Shown: positions 28,056 through 38,610, counted from the first letter of the stretch. The stretch: DNA of 64,000 nucleotides from Ignavibacteriota bacterium (GCA_963801355.1 CAWDEM010000004.1:768001-832000); one strand, 5' to 3'. Numbers and translations: made by a program. Notes: a model not told the origin generated them from the letters alone.

Positions 28056-31000
28056 ATGAGAAGATTCCTCGTTGTCCTACTTGTGAATTCCTTCATGCTG
28101 TCAATCGCGGCCGGACAGGCCGGTACACTCCTCAACAGTTTTCGCTCTCCCGCTGACTCGCTCCGTCCATGGGTCTATTGGGTCTGGATGGACGGGAACT
28201 TGAGCCGGGAAGGGATTACCGCTGACCTTGAAAGCATGAAACATGCCGGCATCGGCGGAGCCATCATTATGGAGGTGAATGTCGGCATCCCGCAAGGACC
28301 GGTGAAATTTATGAGTCCCGAGTGGCGGCGGCACTTTGGGCATGCTATCGCTGAAGCGCAACGACTGGGTCTGGAGATTACGCTGATCACCGGCCCCGGG
28401 TGGACAGGAAGCGGCGGGCCGTGGGTGAAACCGGAACAGGGAATGCAGCACATTGTGTCAAGCGCCACGATCATGCGCGGACCGAAACTTTTTGCGGATA
28501 CGCTGTCACAGCCCGTACGACGCCCTGCCTTCTTCGGCGACGGAGTACTTCCTCCCGGGCAGGAAAAAGAGAAGAACAAATTCTATCGGGATGTCGCTGT
28601 CCTCGCATACCCGACACCCACGGGTAACGACCGTATCGCGGGCATCGACGAAAAGGCGCTCTACGTGCGGGCACCGTATTCCTCCATGACCTCGGTGCCG
28701 TCATACATTCCCTCCTTCGCAGACTATCCCCCCACCGCCCCTGGGGGGGCCATCGACACGTCTCACATCGTGAATCTCAGTAACCATCTGGATGCCAAGG
28801 GAGTCTTCACCTGGGATGTGCCCGGGGGGAACTGGACGGTCTTACGGCTCGGCCGGACGAGCACCGGCGCGAACACCCGTCCGGCGCCGACGCCCGGATT
28901 AGGATTGGAGTGCGACAAGCTGGACACTGCGGCACTCAATGTTCACTTTGATGCCTTTGTCGGGGCCTTACTGCGGGAAATCGGCCCGCGGGATGCATCC
29001 GCCACAGGCGGCTGGAAAATGCTGCACATTGATAGCTGGGAAATGGGTGCACAGAACTGGACGGGAGCCTTCCGGACGGAATTCAGAGCGCGCCGCGGCT
29101 ACGATCTACTGAGCTATCTCCCTATTCTGACCGGTTCAGTGGTCGAGTCCCGCGAAGTCTCCGAACGATTCCTCTGGGACCTGCGCCAGACAATCCAGGA
29201 ACTCATTCTGCAGAATCATGCAGGACATCTCAGGGAATTGGGACGCCGGAATGGATTCGGCATATCCATCGAGCCTTACGATATGACGCCCTGCGCCGAT
29301 ATGAGCCTGGGCTCCATTGCGGACGTCCCCATGTGCGAGTTCTGGCTTTACGGCTTCAATACCAGTTACAGTGTCATTGAGGCATCGTCTGTAGCTCATA
29401 CCTGTGGCAGGACTGTCGTAGCGGCTGAGGCGTTTACATCAAGCGACGTTGAACACTGGGATGCCTACCCCGGCTCGATGAAAGTGCTGGGGGATTGGGC
29501 TTTCTGTGCAGGTGTGAACCGTTTCGTTTTCCATCGGTATCAGCATCAACCGTGGCCTGCATTGCGCCCGGGGATGACGATGGGCCCATACGGCATACAT
29601 TGGGAGCGGACCCAGACGTGGTGGGATATGGCCCCCGCGTACCACGCCTATCTGTCACGATGCCAGCTCATGCTGCGACAGGGTCTTCCTGTAGCGGATG
29701 TGTGCTATCTGGTCCCGGAGGGTGCCCCGCAGGTATTCCGTCCGCCGTCATCGGCAGTGCGTGGCAATCCCCCCGATCGGCGTGGGTACAATTTCGATGG
29801 CTGTGCCCCGGAAATCCTCATCGCACGCATGTCAGTTGAAAATGGTGATCTCGTCCTCCCTGATGGAATGCGGTATCGCGTTCTGGTACTTCCTGAACGG
29901 GCGACTATGACGCCGGCGTTGCTGCGGAAAGTCAGCAGTCTTGTCGCAAAAGGAGCAACGGTCATCGGACCACGACCACGGAAGTCGCCCGGTCTGTCAG
30001 GGTATCCGCACTGTGATCGGGAGGTCGCTGAAATCGCCGGTCAAGTGTGGGGGGAATGCAACGGCATGGATGTTACAGAGCATACCTTTGGAAAGGGTCG
30101 GGTGATCTGGGTGCGGTCGACCGGAACTCCATACGATCCGGAGAGGCAGGATACGGTCGGGAGAGAACCATGCCGCATCATGCGGCTCGAAGCTTCGGGC
30201 ACGGCCATGTACGCCGGCAACTTCCGGAAGCGCACATCAGCGGATGGGATGGGTGAGCCGGAAGCAGAGCAATATGGTGACTTCGCTCTGGTCGAAAAGG
30301 TCTTGCGCAATAAAGGTGTGCAACCGGACTTTGAAACCGATGCATCGCTGCGCTACACACACAGAAGATATGGTGAAACCGAGATCTATTTTGTGGCGAA
30401 CCCTGAAGAGCGTGTGGTCACTGCCGCGTGCGTCTTCCGCGTAAGCGGAAAACAGCCGGAACTCTGGGATCCGGTGGAGGGAATTTCGCGCAAGCTGCCG
30501 GAGTTCGTGGACGTGCACGGCAGGACATCGATTGTTCTCCGTTTTGAGCCGCATCAATCCATCTTCATCGTGTTTGCAGAGACTCCCGGAAAGGAGCAAC
30601 ATGCCGGCAGCAATTTTCCGCGAATGCACAATGCCTTGAAGCTGGATGGCCCGTGGCAGGTAACCTTTGACACTGTGTGGGGTGGCCCCGGAACAATCAC
30701 ATTCCGGCATCTCGATGATTGGAGCAAACGGAAGGAAAAAGGGGTGAAGTTCTTCAGCGGGACAGCTACGTACAGAAAGACCTTTGATTTGCCTGTGGCA
30801 ATCTCCGCTCACCTCTCCGATGGGGGACACAGTCGGGCCGGCGTCTGGCTGGATGTCGGCAAGGTCATGAATCTCGCTCGTGTACGTCTGAACGGACATG
30901 ATCTTGGGGTACTCTGGACGTCCCCGTGGCGGTTGGACGCACGCTCTGCACTCACGCCCAAGCACAATATCCTGGAAATCTCCGTTGCGAATCTCTGGCG

Positions 31001-31214
31001 CAACAGGCTGGTGGGAGACGAACGTCTGCCGCCGGATGCCGACTTTGCCCCAGGCGGGAATATCCTTCGCTGGCCTGAATGGCTTGTGAAAGGAGAACGC
31101 CGTCCGACCACCGGGCGTTTTTCCTTTGCCAGCTGGAAACATTTCGGCAAGGACTCGCCACTACTCCCTTCCGGCTTGATCGGACCGGTGCGCATTCTTC
31201 TTGCATATCCATGA
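28056..31214 (+). CDS. GH106 family glycoside hydrolase (alpha-L-rhamnosidase-like), secreted
   Basis: 'RPWVYWVWMDGN', 'ITADLESM', 'GPGWTGSGGPW', 'GLECDKL', 'DSWEMG', 'AAEAFT', 'NLWRNRLVGD', 'SGLIGPV'. Confidence 0.9.
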   Translation: MRRFLVVLLVNSFMLSIAAGQAGTLLNSFRSPADSLRPWVYWVWMDGNLSREGITADLESMKHAGIGGAIIMEVNVGIPQGPVKFMSPEWRRHFGHAIAEAQRLGLEITLITGPGWTGSGGPWVKPEQGMQHIVSSATIMRGPKLFADTLSQPVRRPAFFGDGVLPPGQEKEKNKFYRDVAVLAYPTPTGNDRIAGIDEKALYVRAPYSSMTSVPSYIPSFADYPPTAPGGAIDTSHIVNLSNHLDAKGVFTWDVPGGNWTVLRLGRTSTGANTRPAPTPGLGLECDKLDTAALNVHFDAFVGALLREIGPRDASATGGWKMLHIDSWEMGAQNWTGAFRTEFRARRGYDLLSYLPILTGSVVESREVSERFLWDLRQTIQELILQNHAGHLRELGRRNGFGISIEPYDMTPCADMSLGSIADVPMCEFWLYGFNTSYSVIEASSVAHTCGRTVVAAEAFTSSDVEHWDAYPGSMKVLGDWAFCAGVNRFVFHRYQHQPWPALRPGMTMGPYGIHWERTQTWWDMAPAYHAYLSRCQLMLRQGLPVADVCYLVPEGAPQVFRPPSSAVRGNPPDRRGYNFDGCAPEILIARMSVENGDLVLPDGMRYRVLVLPERATMTPALLRKVSSLVAKGATVIGPRPRKSPGLSGYPHCDREVAEIAGQVWGECNGMDVTEHTFGKGRVIWVRSTGTPYDPERQDTVGREPCRIMRLEASGTAMYAGNFRKRTSADGMGEPEAEQYGDFALVEKVLRNKGVQPDFETDASLRYTHRRYGETEIYFVANPEERVVTAACVFRVSGKQPELWDPVEGISRKLPEFVDVHGRTSIVLRFEPHQSIFIVFAETPGKEQHAGSNFPRMHNALKLDGPWQVTFDTVWGGPGTITFRHLDDWSKRKEKGVKFFSGTATYRKTFDLPVAISAHLSDGGHSRAGVWLDVGKVMNLARVRLNGHDLGVLWTSPWRLDARSALTPKHNILEISVANLWRNRLVGDERLPPDADFAPGGNILRWPEWLVKGERRPTTGRFSFASWKHFGKDSPLLPSGLIGPVRILLAYP

Positions 31215-31276
31215 GATTGGTCGAATCCTTGCAGTTTGATCGTTGATTTTCGCTGATAGATGGCGTACGTTGTAGT

Positions 31277-32221
31277 ATGAATGCTTCGGGCAATGTATTC
31301 AATATCCAGCGGTTTTCCATCCACGATGGCCCGGGAATACGGACAACGGTGTTTCTCAAGGGATGCACGTTGGCCTGCTTCTGGTGCCATAACCCCGAGG
31401 GAAGACACACATATACAGAAATTCAGTTCTTCCCTGAACGGTGTATTACATGCGGCGAGTGTGTGCGGGTGTGTCCTCACTCCGCACATGAGATTCGCGA
31501 CGGTGTGCATGTCTTTCGCCGTGATCTGTGTCAGAATCACGGAGCATGTGCAGAAGCATGCTGTGCGCAGGCACTGCAGCTCGCCGGTCAGGTCATGAGC
31601 GTTGCACAGGTCATGGAGGAGGTCCTCCGGGACAGGCCATTTTACGAGTCCTCGGGCGGAGGAGTGACACTTTCCGGCGGCGAGCCGTCGTTGAGCAGCT
31701 CCTTTGCACTGGAAATCCTCAGACAATGCAAGAATCATCATCTGCACACCGCCATTGAAACGTGCGGCGATTGCCCGTGGTCGTTCCTGGAGCCGCTTCT
31801 GCCCGTGACCGATCTGATCATGATGGACGTCAAGCATATGTCGGGAGACCGCCACCGGTCGGCAACAGGCAGGTCCAACGAGCGCATCCTGGACAATGCC
31901 CGCACACTCGCTTCGGGTACTGTACCTGTCATATTCCGGACACCGGTTGTGCCGACCGTGAACGACTCTCCGGAAGATATCAGAGAGATTGCTTCGTTCG
32001 TGAAGGAACTGATAGATCTGCGAAAGGCCTACGGCATCGGGATGGACGGTGACGCCGGCATCACGTACGAACTCCTGACGTTTCACAGGCTGTCGTCTGA
32101 CAAATACCGGAGCCTCGGACTGGAGTACAAGGCCTCAGGCATGGACTCTCCATCAAAAGAACAGATGCAGATGCTCGCAGGCGTGGCGCGCAGTCTCGGG
32201 ATTGCTGTCAGCGTCCGGTAG
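31277..32221 (+). CDS. Glycyl-radical enzyme activating enzyme (radical SAM) with ferredoxin insert
   Basis: 'IQRFSIHDGPGIRTTVFLKGCTLACFWCHNPE'; insert 'CITCGECVRVC' and 'CQNHGACAEAC'; 'GGGVTLSGGEP', 'TAIETCG'. Confidence 0.95.
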   Translation: MNASGNVFNIQRFSIHDGPGIRTTVFLKGCTLACFWCHNPEGRHTYTEIQFFPERCITCGECVRVCPHSAHEIRDGVHVFRRDLCQNHGACAEACCAQALQLAGQVMSVAQVMEEVLRDRPFYESSGGGVTLSGGEPSLSSSFALEILRQCKNHHLHTAIETCGDCPWSFLEPLLPVTDLIMMDVKHMSGDRHRSATGRSNERILDNARTLASGTVPVIFRTPVVPTVNDSPEDIREIASFVKELIDLRKAYGIGMDGDAGITYELLTFHRLSSDKYRSLGLEYKASGMDSPSKEQMQMLAGVARSLGIAVSVR

Positions 32222-32263
32222 GCGCGCAGAACAACCGCACGGAACCATGAACGAAGGGAATCA

Positions 32264-34498
32264 ATGCACACACCTCCGATGAACGAACTCACTTATCGAC
32301 AGCGCGTCGATATGCTTCGTGCGACGAAGCTACGTCACACAGAAGAAAAGAGGCGTGCAATTGGTTCCCTCGATATGGACGATCTCCCCATCATGCTTCC
32401 GCCGCCGGAGATACGCAAGATCGTGCGTATTGTCAGCGGTTCCGGCATCACCATCGCCGATGCGCTCTTCAGTAACTTCGTGCCCAGGAGTAATCATCCC
32501 GGTGGCGGATTCTTTGGCGCCCGGGCGTGCGGTGAAAATTTCCACGCCCTGCTGGATACTCATCCGCCGTACATTGATCCGCTTAGCTCCCTCGCAGGGG
32601 GCTACATGGCCAGCTTCCTTGCCTATCGCGAACCCGCGTGGAATCCGGATTTCGACTACTCACACCTGTCTGAAGGACAGACCACGTACAGGCTGCACCA
32701 CGGCATCGGTGCGGTCCAGCACTTCTGCCAGGACATGACGATTGGTTTTTCCCTCGGGTGGGGCGGTCTCCTCGACAAGATCCGTGATTACCGCGTCGTC
32801 AATACGGACGAGGAGTCCACCGAACTCTATGATGGACTCGAACACTGTGTGCTGGGGATTCAGCACTGGATTTCACGGCATGCCCTGGCTGCACGTGAAA
32901 TGGCGGAACGGGAGGAGCGTCCCGAGCTGCGCCGCAATCTGCTGCAAATGGCGGATATCAATGCGGCGCTGGTCAACAGGCCGCCTGCAACCTTCCGGGA
33001 GACCTGTCAGTGGATGTTGTGGTACCAGCTCGCCGCAAAGGTGTACAACATGAGCGGCTCGCTCGGACGCATCGACCAGTTCCTGTATCCCTATTTTGAG
33101 AGGGAAAAGAGCCAGGGGACGCTGACGGACGAGGAGACGATCTTTCATCTGTGCTGTTACTTCCTCATGGATACCAGTTATACACAGCTGGGGGGTCCTG
33201 ATGCCGCGGGCAATGACACGACCAATGCCCTTTCGCATCTCGTGCTGGAAGCTGCACATCGACTCAAAATCCCGGTGAACGTGGGAGTGAGTGTGGGGAA
33301 GAATGTGGATCCTGCTCTGGTACGTCGCGGCGTTGAGATGTTGTTTGAGGACAAGACCGGCATCCCGAAGTTTCTGGGCGTAGATCGCACAAGCGAGGGT
33401 TTTGCCCGCAATGGATATCCTATCGCGCTGGGCAGGGAGCGGGCGTACTCCGGTTGCCACTGGTGTGCGATCCCCGGACGCGAGTATACAGTGAATGACT
33501 GTGTGAAGATCAATCTCCCCGCTGTGTTCGACGTTGCCTTTCGCGACATGATGGCCGATCAGTCCCGGACGCCGGGCATCCTCCTTCTCCGGGAGAGATT
33601 CGAGCATCACCTGCGCCGCAGTGTTGAAGTCATCGCGGAAAGCCTGGATTTTCATATGGACCATATGTACCGGGTATTTCCGGAGCTCATTCTGGACCTT
33701 TTGTGTTCCGGTCCGATCGAAAAAGGCCGGGATGCATCGCATGGCGGAGTGGAGTTCTATAATCTGTGCGTCGATGGAGCAGGCCTGGCAACCGTGGCTG
33801 ATTCGTTCGCCGCCGTCGAGCAGCGCGTTGAACGGGAGAGCAAGCTCTCCTGGCACGCACTGCTGCAACTGCTGGACGGCAATTGGGCGGGAACGGAAGG
33901 GGAGCGCATGCGGCAGATGATGAAGAGCATTCCCCGATTCGGGAGCGGCGGATCATGTGCCGACGAGTACGGACAATTTGTCGCCCGCATGTTCACCACG
34001 CTGGTGAAGGAAAAGGCTACGCCGCACGGGTTCAATATGATTCCCGGACTGTTCTCCTGGGCTGCGAATATCCTCATGGGGAAAGATGTGGGTGCCACAC
34101 CCAACGGACGCTATGCCGGAGCGCCGATCTCACACGGGCCCAATCCGGATCCCGGCTTCCGCAAAGATGCCGCTCCGACCGCTCTTGCTCTCGCGGTCGC
34201 CTCCATCCAGCCGGGGTACGGAAACACGGCGCCGATGCAAATTGAGCTTGACCCCGGTCTCTCAAAAAGCAGGGAGGATATTGACAAGGTCGTCAGTCTG
34301 ATCACGACACATTTTGAGCTTGGTGGAACGCAGATCAATATGAATATCCTCGATAAGAAAGCCATCCTGGAAGCACATGCGGATCCTGCCAGTCATCCGG
34401 ATCTTGTTGTGCGCGTGACCGGTTTCAGCGCGTTCTTTGCCAGCCTGTCGCCGGAGATGCGGCAGATCGTCGTCGATCGCATCATCGCAGAAGGTTGA
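32264..34498 (+). CDS. Glycyl radical enzyme (PFL-like superfamily), uncharacterised type
   Basis: Gly loop 'LVVRVTGFSAFF', 'SLGRIDQFLYPYF', 'ATPNGR'; Cys loop 'YSGCHWCAIPG'; adjacent activase. Confidence 0.92.
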   Translation: MHTPPMNELTYRQRVDMLRATKLRHTEEKRRAIGSLDMDDLPIMLPPPEIRKIVRIVSGSGITIADALFSNFVPRSNHPGGGFFGARACGENFHALLDTHPPYIDPLSSLAGGYMASFLAYREPAWNPDFDYSHLSEGQTTYRLHHGIGAVQHFCQDMTIGFSLGWGGLLDKIRDYRVVNTDEESTELYDGLEHCVLGIQHWISRHALAAREMAEREERPELRRNLLQMADINAALVNRPPATFRETCQWMLWYQLAAKVYNMSGSLGRIDQFLYPYFEREKSQGTLTDEETIFHLCCYFLMDTSYTQLGGPDAAGNDTTNALSHLVLEAAHRLKIPVNVGVSVGKNVDPALVRRGVEMLFEDKTGIPKFLGVDRTSEGFARNGYPIALGRERAYSGCHWCAIPGREYTVNDCVKINLPAVFDVAFRDMMADQSRTPGILLLRERFEHHLRRSVEVIAESLDFHMDHMYRVFPELILDLLCSGPIEKGRDASHGGVEFYNLCVDGAGLATVADSFAAVEQRVERESKLSWHALLQLLDGNWAGTEGERMRQMMKSIPRFGSGGSCADEYGQFVARMFTTLVKEKATPHGFNMIPGLFSWAANILMGKDVGATPNGRYAGAPISHGPNPDPGFRKDAAPTALALAVASIQPGYGNTAPMQIELDPGLSKSREDIDKVVSLITTHFELGGTQINMNILDKKAILEAHADPASHPDLVVRVTGFSAFFASLSPEMRQIVVDRIIAEG

Positions 34499-35619
34499 TT
34501 GGCCATACTTCCCCGGAAATCATGACGACTACCGCCCGTCAGCGATTCCTGCATTACGTCAGGGATCCCGCATCGTCACCGCCGATTGTTTCTCCGTTCC
34601 TTCCACATCCTGATGTTATTAACGCGACGCTGGCCTCCACACGCCTGCCGGTCACGGACGACCCCGTCGCCAATGAAATCAGGCTGGCACAACACCTCGG
34701 CTATGAGCCGATGTTCATGACGGACTGTTCGGGCCTGATCTTCAATTGGCGGATCGATGAGTCACGATCGGATGGTGTGGATGTGGTCCGGACCATCGAC
34801 ACGGAACGGGGTGAGTGGGTGCGCCGGTCGCCAAGAGTCGAAATGCCGTGGAGTGACGAGTCGGGCTGTCCGGTCAATACTCCTCACGATCACGCAATGC
34901 TCGTGTCCGCGTGCGATCAGATCGATGACCGGAACGATGAACTCAGGATGTACTTCCGGACCTGGCGGGAGAAGGTGGGTGAGAACGGCGTCATTGTCCT
35001 GGGGCATCCCCATCCGGCATGGCTTGGCTACCAGATCAGTCCATCGCAGATCTTCTATCAGTGGACGGACGATCGCGAGGTGTACCTGCGCAGCATGGAG
35101 GCCGTGTTCCGTGCTTCCCTGAAGGTGATGGCAATCGCAGTGGAGGAGGGGATCGATTTCATGAGTGATTCCAGCTATGGGCTGGAAATGACGTCCCCGG
35201 CATTGTTTGCGTCGATGGATCTTCCGTATATCCGCGCTTTTGCACAATGGACGAGAGAACACGACAGCCTGTTCTGGTATCACAATTGCGGTTTTACCCG
35301 TCAGCTCATCAAGGATGGCACGTTCAACACACTCGGAGCTGACGTGATTGAGACCATTGCGCCGCCACCGGAAGGCGACAACGATCTGGCGGAGTCGCGT
35401 CGCTGTCTTGATCCGGGCATCTGTTCCAAAGGAAATCTGAATCTTCAAATATTGCGGGATGCTGCGCCGGAACAGATCTCCAGAGAGGTGCGGAACATGG
35501 TACACGCGGTCCGCGGCTTCGCCCACATCCATTCCACGGCGGATGCGGTGCTCCCCGGGACGCCGCCGGAGAATTTCATTACCTTCGTAAACACTGCACG
35601 GGACGCCGCCGGACGATAG
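34495..35619 (+). CDS. URO-D/MtaA-fold protein (not HemE)
   Basis: 'SPALF..DLPYI', 'WYHNCG', 'IETIAPPPEGD.DLAE', 'KGNL', 'GTPPENF'; lacks the HemE 'WxMRQAGR' motif. Confidence 0.8.
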   Translation: MIGHTSPEIMTTTARQRFLHYVRDPASSPPIVSPFLPHPDVINATLASTRLPVTDDPVANEIRLAQHLGYEPMFMTDCSGLIFNWRIDESRSDGVDVVRTIDTERGEWVRRSPRVEMPWSDESGCPVNTPHDHAMLVSACDQIDDRNDELRMYFRTWREKVGENGVIVLGHPHPAWLGYQISPSQIFYQWTDDREVYLRSMEAVFRASLKVMAIAVEEGIDFMSDSSYGLEMTSPALFASMDLPYIRAFAQWTREHDSLFWYHNCGFTRQLIKDGTFNTLGADVIETIAPPPEGDNDLAESRRCLDPGICSKGNLNLQILRDAAPEQISREVRNMVHAVRGFAHIHSTADAVLPGTPPENFITFVNTARDAAGR

Positions 35620-35651
35620 ATACCGGGCGATTCTTTCATCACTGGTGAACT

Positions 35652-36935
35652 ATGAGACACGCATACGCGAACACTCTGTTTCTTTCTCTTCTCATCCTTT
35701 CCTGCGGCAAAAAAAGCGAGATGGTTGAAATCCAGGACTGGAATTTCGGCGGGAGGCCGAACCTGATGGTCTGGCTGCGTCAGAGGACCGAGAGCTTCGA
35801 GGCAACGCATCCAGGAATCAAGGTTGTCCAGAGTGACAAGAGCTGGAACATGATCCGCGAGATCCTGTATACAAGCTTCAGCACCGGGACGGGGCCGGAT
35901 GTTGTGAATACGCACGCCAACTATGCCTCTGAATTCGGTGAAGCGGGCTACTACTATCCCGTGAACAAATTCCCGGATTTCGATTCGGTAAAACAGTGGT
36001 TCGTCCCTCAGCTGTTCGAATCGACACACTACAAAGGCAACTACTACGGTTTGCCGTCAAGCGCCATTGCGTTTGTTCTGGTCTGCAACAGGCAACTCTT
36101 CGACGCAGCACACATGGTGCCTCCGAAAACCTGGTCGGAATTTCGCAGCGCGGCAAAGCGTCTCACCAGGGACACCAACGGCGACGGCCAGATCGACCAG
36201 TTCGGTCTCGTCCTTATAGGCGGCGACAAGGGGGGATTCGCCTACCGTATGGTGCCATTTTTCTACAAGGCGGGAGCCGACTTCATGTCTGACGATCTCA
36301 CGAAGGTGGTGTTCAATTCGCCTGCGGGTGTCGCGGCATTGACGCTGTTCGCTGAAATGTATCAGGTGGATCACTCGATCGCCCCGGGGTTTCTTGCGTA
36401 TGGACATTCCGAATCCAATGACGTGTTTTGCGGCAACAAGGCGGCGATGGCAATCGAAGGCCCCTGGATCAGGGCGATGGTGAATGAGATGAGCCCCGGC
36501 AAAGACGTGTACGTCGTCAGCGTACCTGTTCCTGACAACATGCTTGATCAATACGACACGCTCCCCACCCTGCAGGATATGGTGATGTATTCCATCAACG
36601 CGCAGTCCAAGAACCTGGAAGCTTCGTGGGAGTTTATCAAGTATCTCCGCAACGAAGAGGCCGATATGGCCTGGATCCGGGAAGATCTCGGTGCAATTGC
36701 CACGACACACTCTGCGCTGAACAGCCCTGAAGCGCAGAACATCAAAGATCTGCCCCTTTACATCAATGAACTCAAGCATGCGAGACCGTTGCCTCCTCAT
36801 CCCAAAATCGTCGCACTCACAAGCAATACCTTCACCCCGTTCTGTCAGAAGGCGATCGTCGGTGAGCTGACGCCCAAAGATGCGCTCGACCAGGCCGCCC
36901 GGGAGGCACAGGAGGTCATCGAAGGCACGAAATGA
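35652..36935 (+). CDS. Carbohydrate ABC transporter substrate-binding lipoprotein
   Basis: 'ILSC' lipobox; 'GTGPDV', 'YYGLP', 'PPKTWSE', 'AAMAIEGPW', 'AS WEFIKYL'-type CUT1 motifs. Confidence 0.9.
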   Translation: MRHAYANTLFLSLLILSCGKKSEMVEIQDWNFGGRPNLMVWLRQRTESFEATHPGIKVVQSDKSWNMIREILYTSFSTGTGPDVVNTHANYASEFGEAGYYYPVNKFPDFDSVKQWFVPQLFESTHYKGNYYGLPSSAIAFVLVCNRQLFDAAHMVPPKTWSEFRSAAKRLTRDTNGDGQIDQFGLVLIGGDKGGFAYRMVPFFYKAGADFMSDDLTKVVFNSPAGVAALTLFAEMYQVDHSIAPGFLAYGHSESNDVFCGNKAAMAIEGPWIRAMVNEMSPGKDVYVVSVPVPDNMLDQYDTLPTLQDMVMYSINAQSKNLEASWEFIKYLRNEEADMAWIREDLGAIATTHSALNSPEAQNIKDLPLYINELKHARPLPPHPKIVALTSNTFTPFCQKAIVGELTPKDALDQAAREAQEVIEGTK

Positions 36936-37801
36936 AAAAAGCTACTCCTTATCTGCTTCTGCTCCCTGCACTGCTGTTTACGGCATTTGTTCTGGGCTAT
37001 CCCCTCGTTCAGAATCTCGTGAACAGCGTGAGGGACGTGAGCCTGGTGAGTGGAGTGGGAGGATGGGTTGGACTCTCCAACTACGCCCACGTTCTGGATG
37101 ACCCGCTCTTCCTGAGTTCTTTGCGGAACACACTGATCTACGCGCTGGTTGGCACCCTCCTGGCTCTGGTGATCGGGCTCGGGTTTGCCCTCCTGCTGAA
37201 CATGAAAATCGGCCGGATCACAACCATCGCCTCTTTTCTCTATACCATACCATGGGTCATCTCGCCGGTGGTGGCGGGTTTTTCCTGGAAGTGGCTCCTG
37301 AACGACCATTTCGGAATTATCAACTACTGGCTCTCCTCGGCAGGCCTCATCGACCCCGGCACCTCATGGCTCGGAGATCCCCGGACCGTCCTTGCCTGCG
37401 TCATCTTCGCCAGAGTGTGGCAGTTCTATCCGTTTGCGATGGTGATGTTCCTTGCGGGGCTCCAGGCTATTCCCCTGGAAGAATATGAGGCTGCTGCTGT
37501 CGATGGAGCCACGATGGTCCGGAAGTTTTTCCATATCACACTTCCCAATCTGAAACCGGTGTTCTCTGTGCTCCTCGTTCTCGGTGTGATCTGGAGCTTC
37601 AATGATTTCAATATTGTGTTTGTCATGACGCGTGGGGGGCCGATGAATGCCTCCATGGTCCTTCCCGTACTCGTCAGAGAATTCTCGTTCGTCTTTTTTG
37701 ATCTCGGTAAAGGTTCGGCGCTCTCCATTATGACCTTCATGCTGCTTGTCTCCCTCTCCTTCCTGTATCTCAGAGTCCTCTCCGGGAAGGAATCCGCATG
37801 A
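36932..37801 (+). CDS. Carbohydrate ABC transporter permease
   Basis: EAA loop 'LAGLQAIPLEEYEAAAVDGA..FFHITLP'; 'MTRGGP'. Confidence 0.93.
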   Translation: MKKATPYLLLLPALLFTAFVLGYPLVQNLVNSVRDVSLVSGVGGWVGLSNYAHVLDDPLFLSSLRNTLIYALVGTLLALVIGLGFALLLNMKIGRITTIASFLYTIPWVISPVVAGFSWKWLLNDHFGIINYWLSSAGLIDPGTSWLGDPRTVLACVIFARVWQFYPFAMVMFLAGLQAIPLEEYEAAAVDGATMVRKFFHITLPNLKPVFSVLLVLGVIWSFNDFNIVFVMTRGGPMNASMVLPVLVREFSFVFFDLGKGSALSIMTFMLLVSLSFLYLRVLSGKESA

Positions 37802-38610
37802 AACGATATGCTCTCACGGCCCTGATCATTCTGTTGTCTCTTCTTGTGTTGCTTCCGTTCCTGTGGATATTCTCCACTTCCCTGAAGCCGCTGTCGGAGG
37901 TGAACCGGTATCCCCCGGAGTGGTTCAGTTTGAACATGAGCCTGAAACCGTACAGGGACATGTTCTTCTTTCTGCCGTTTTCCATTTATGCGTTGAACAG
38001 CATGATCGTGGCGTCATCGGCGACCATCATTACGCTACTCGTTGGAAGTCTGGGGGCGTTTGCGTTCTCCAGGTTCCAGTTTGCAGGTAAACGCATCTTC
38101 CTTCTGGTGTTTCTTCTCTCGCAAATGCTGCCCGGCGCTTCCGTCATCATTCCGCTGTTCCAGCTGCTGAAAGAGATCGGGCTCTATGATACGCATGTCG
38201 GATTGATTCTTGTCCATTCGTCCGTCTTGTTGCCGTTTGTCATCTGGTTGCTGTACGGCTTCTTTCAGGGTATCCCCAGGGAGATAGAAGACGCGGCGCT
38301 GATTGACGGATGCTCAAGATTGAGTGCTCTCCGCAGGGTCATATTGCCGCTGGCCCTCCCCGGCATCGGGGCTACGGCACTGTTTGCTTTCCTCGGCTCC
38401 TGGAACGAGTTTTTCTTTGCCCTGATATTGACATCGTCGGATGCCACAAAAACCATCCCCGTCGGCATAGGTCTTTTTGTCGGGGAATACAACGATCTCT
38501 GGAACCAGATGGCCGCGTCGGCGGTGCTGTTCAGTCTGCCACCGTTAGTGCTTTTTGCCCTCATGCGAAAGACATTCGTTAAAGGGCTGGCAGCGGGAGC
38601 GGTGAAATGA
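37798..38610 (+). CDS. Carbohydrate ABC transporter permease
   Basis: 'FFQGIPREIEDAALIDG', 'SWNEFFFA', 'FVKGLAAGAVK'. Confidence 0.93.
   Translation: MKRYALTALIILLSLLVLLPFLWIFSTSLKPLSEVNRYPPEWFSLNMSLKPYRDMFFFLPFSIYALNSMIVASSATIITLLVGSLGAFAFSRFQFAGKRIFLLVFLLSQMLPGASVIIPLFQLLKEIGLYDTHVGLILVHSSVLLPFVIWLLYGFFQGIPREIEDAALIDGCSRLSALRRVILPLALPGIGATALFAFLGSWNEFFFALILTSSDATKTIPVGIGLFVGEYNDLWNQMAASAVLFSLPPLVLFALMRKTFVKGLAAGAVK

Noticed and set aside
32264-34498. Calling the GRE pyruvate formate-lyase, CutC or propanediol dehydratase
   Set aside because: It lacks the PFL Cys-Cys pair and the GCVE motif, so no gene symbol was assigned.
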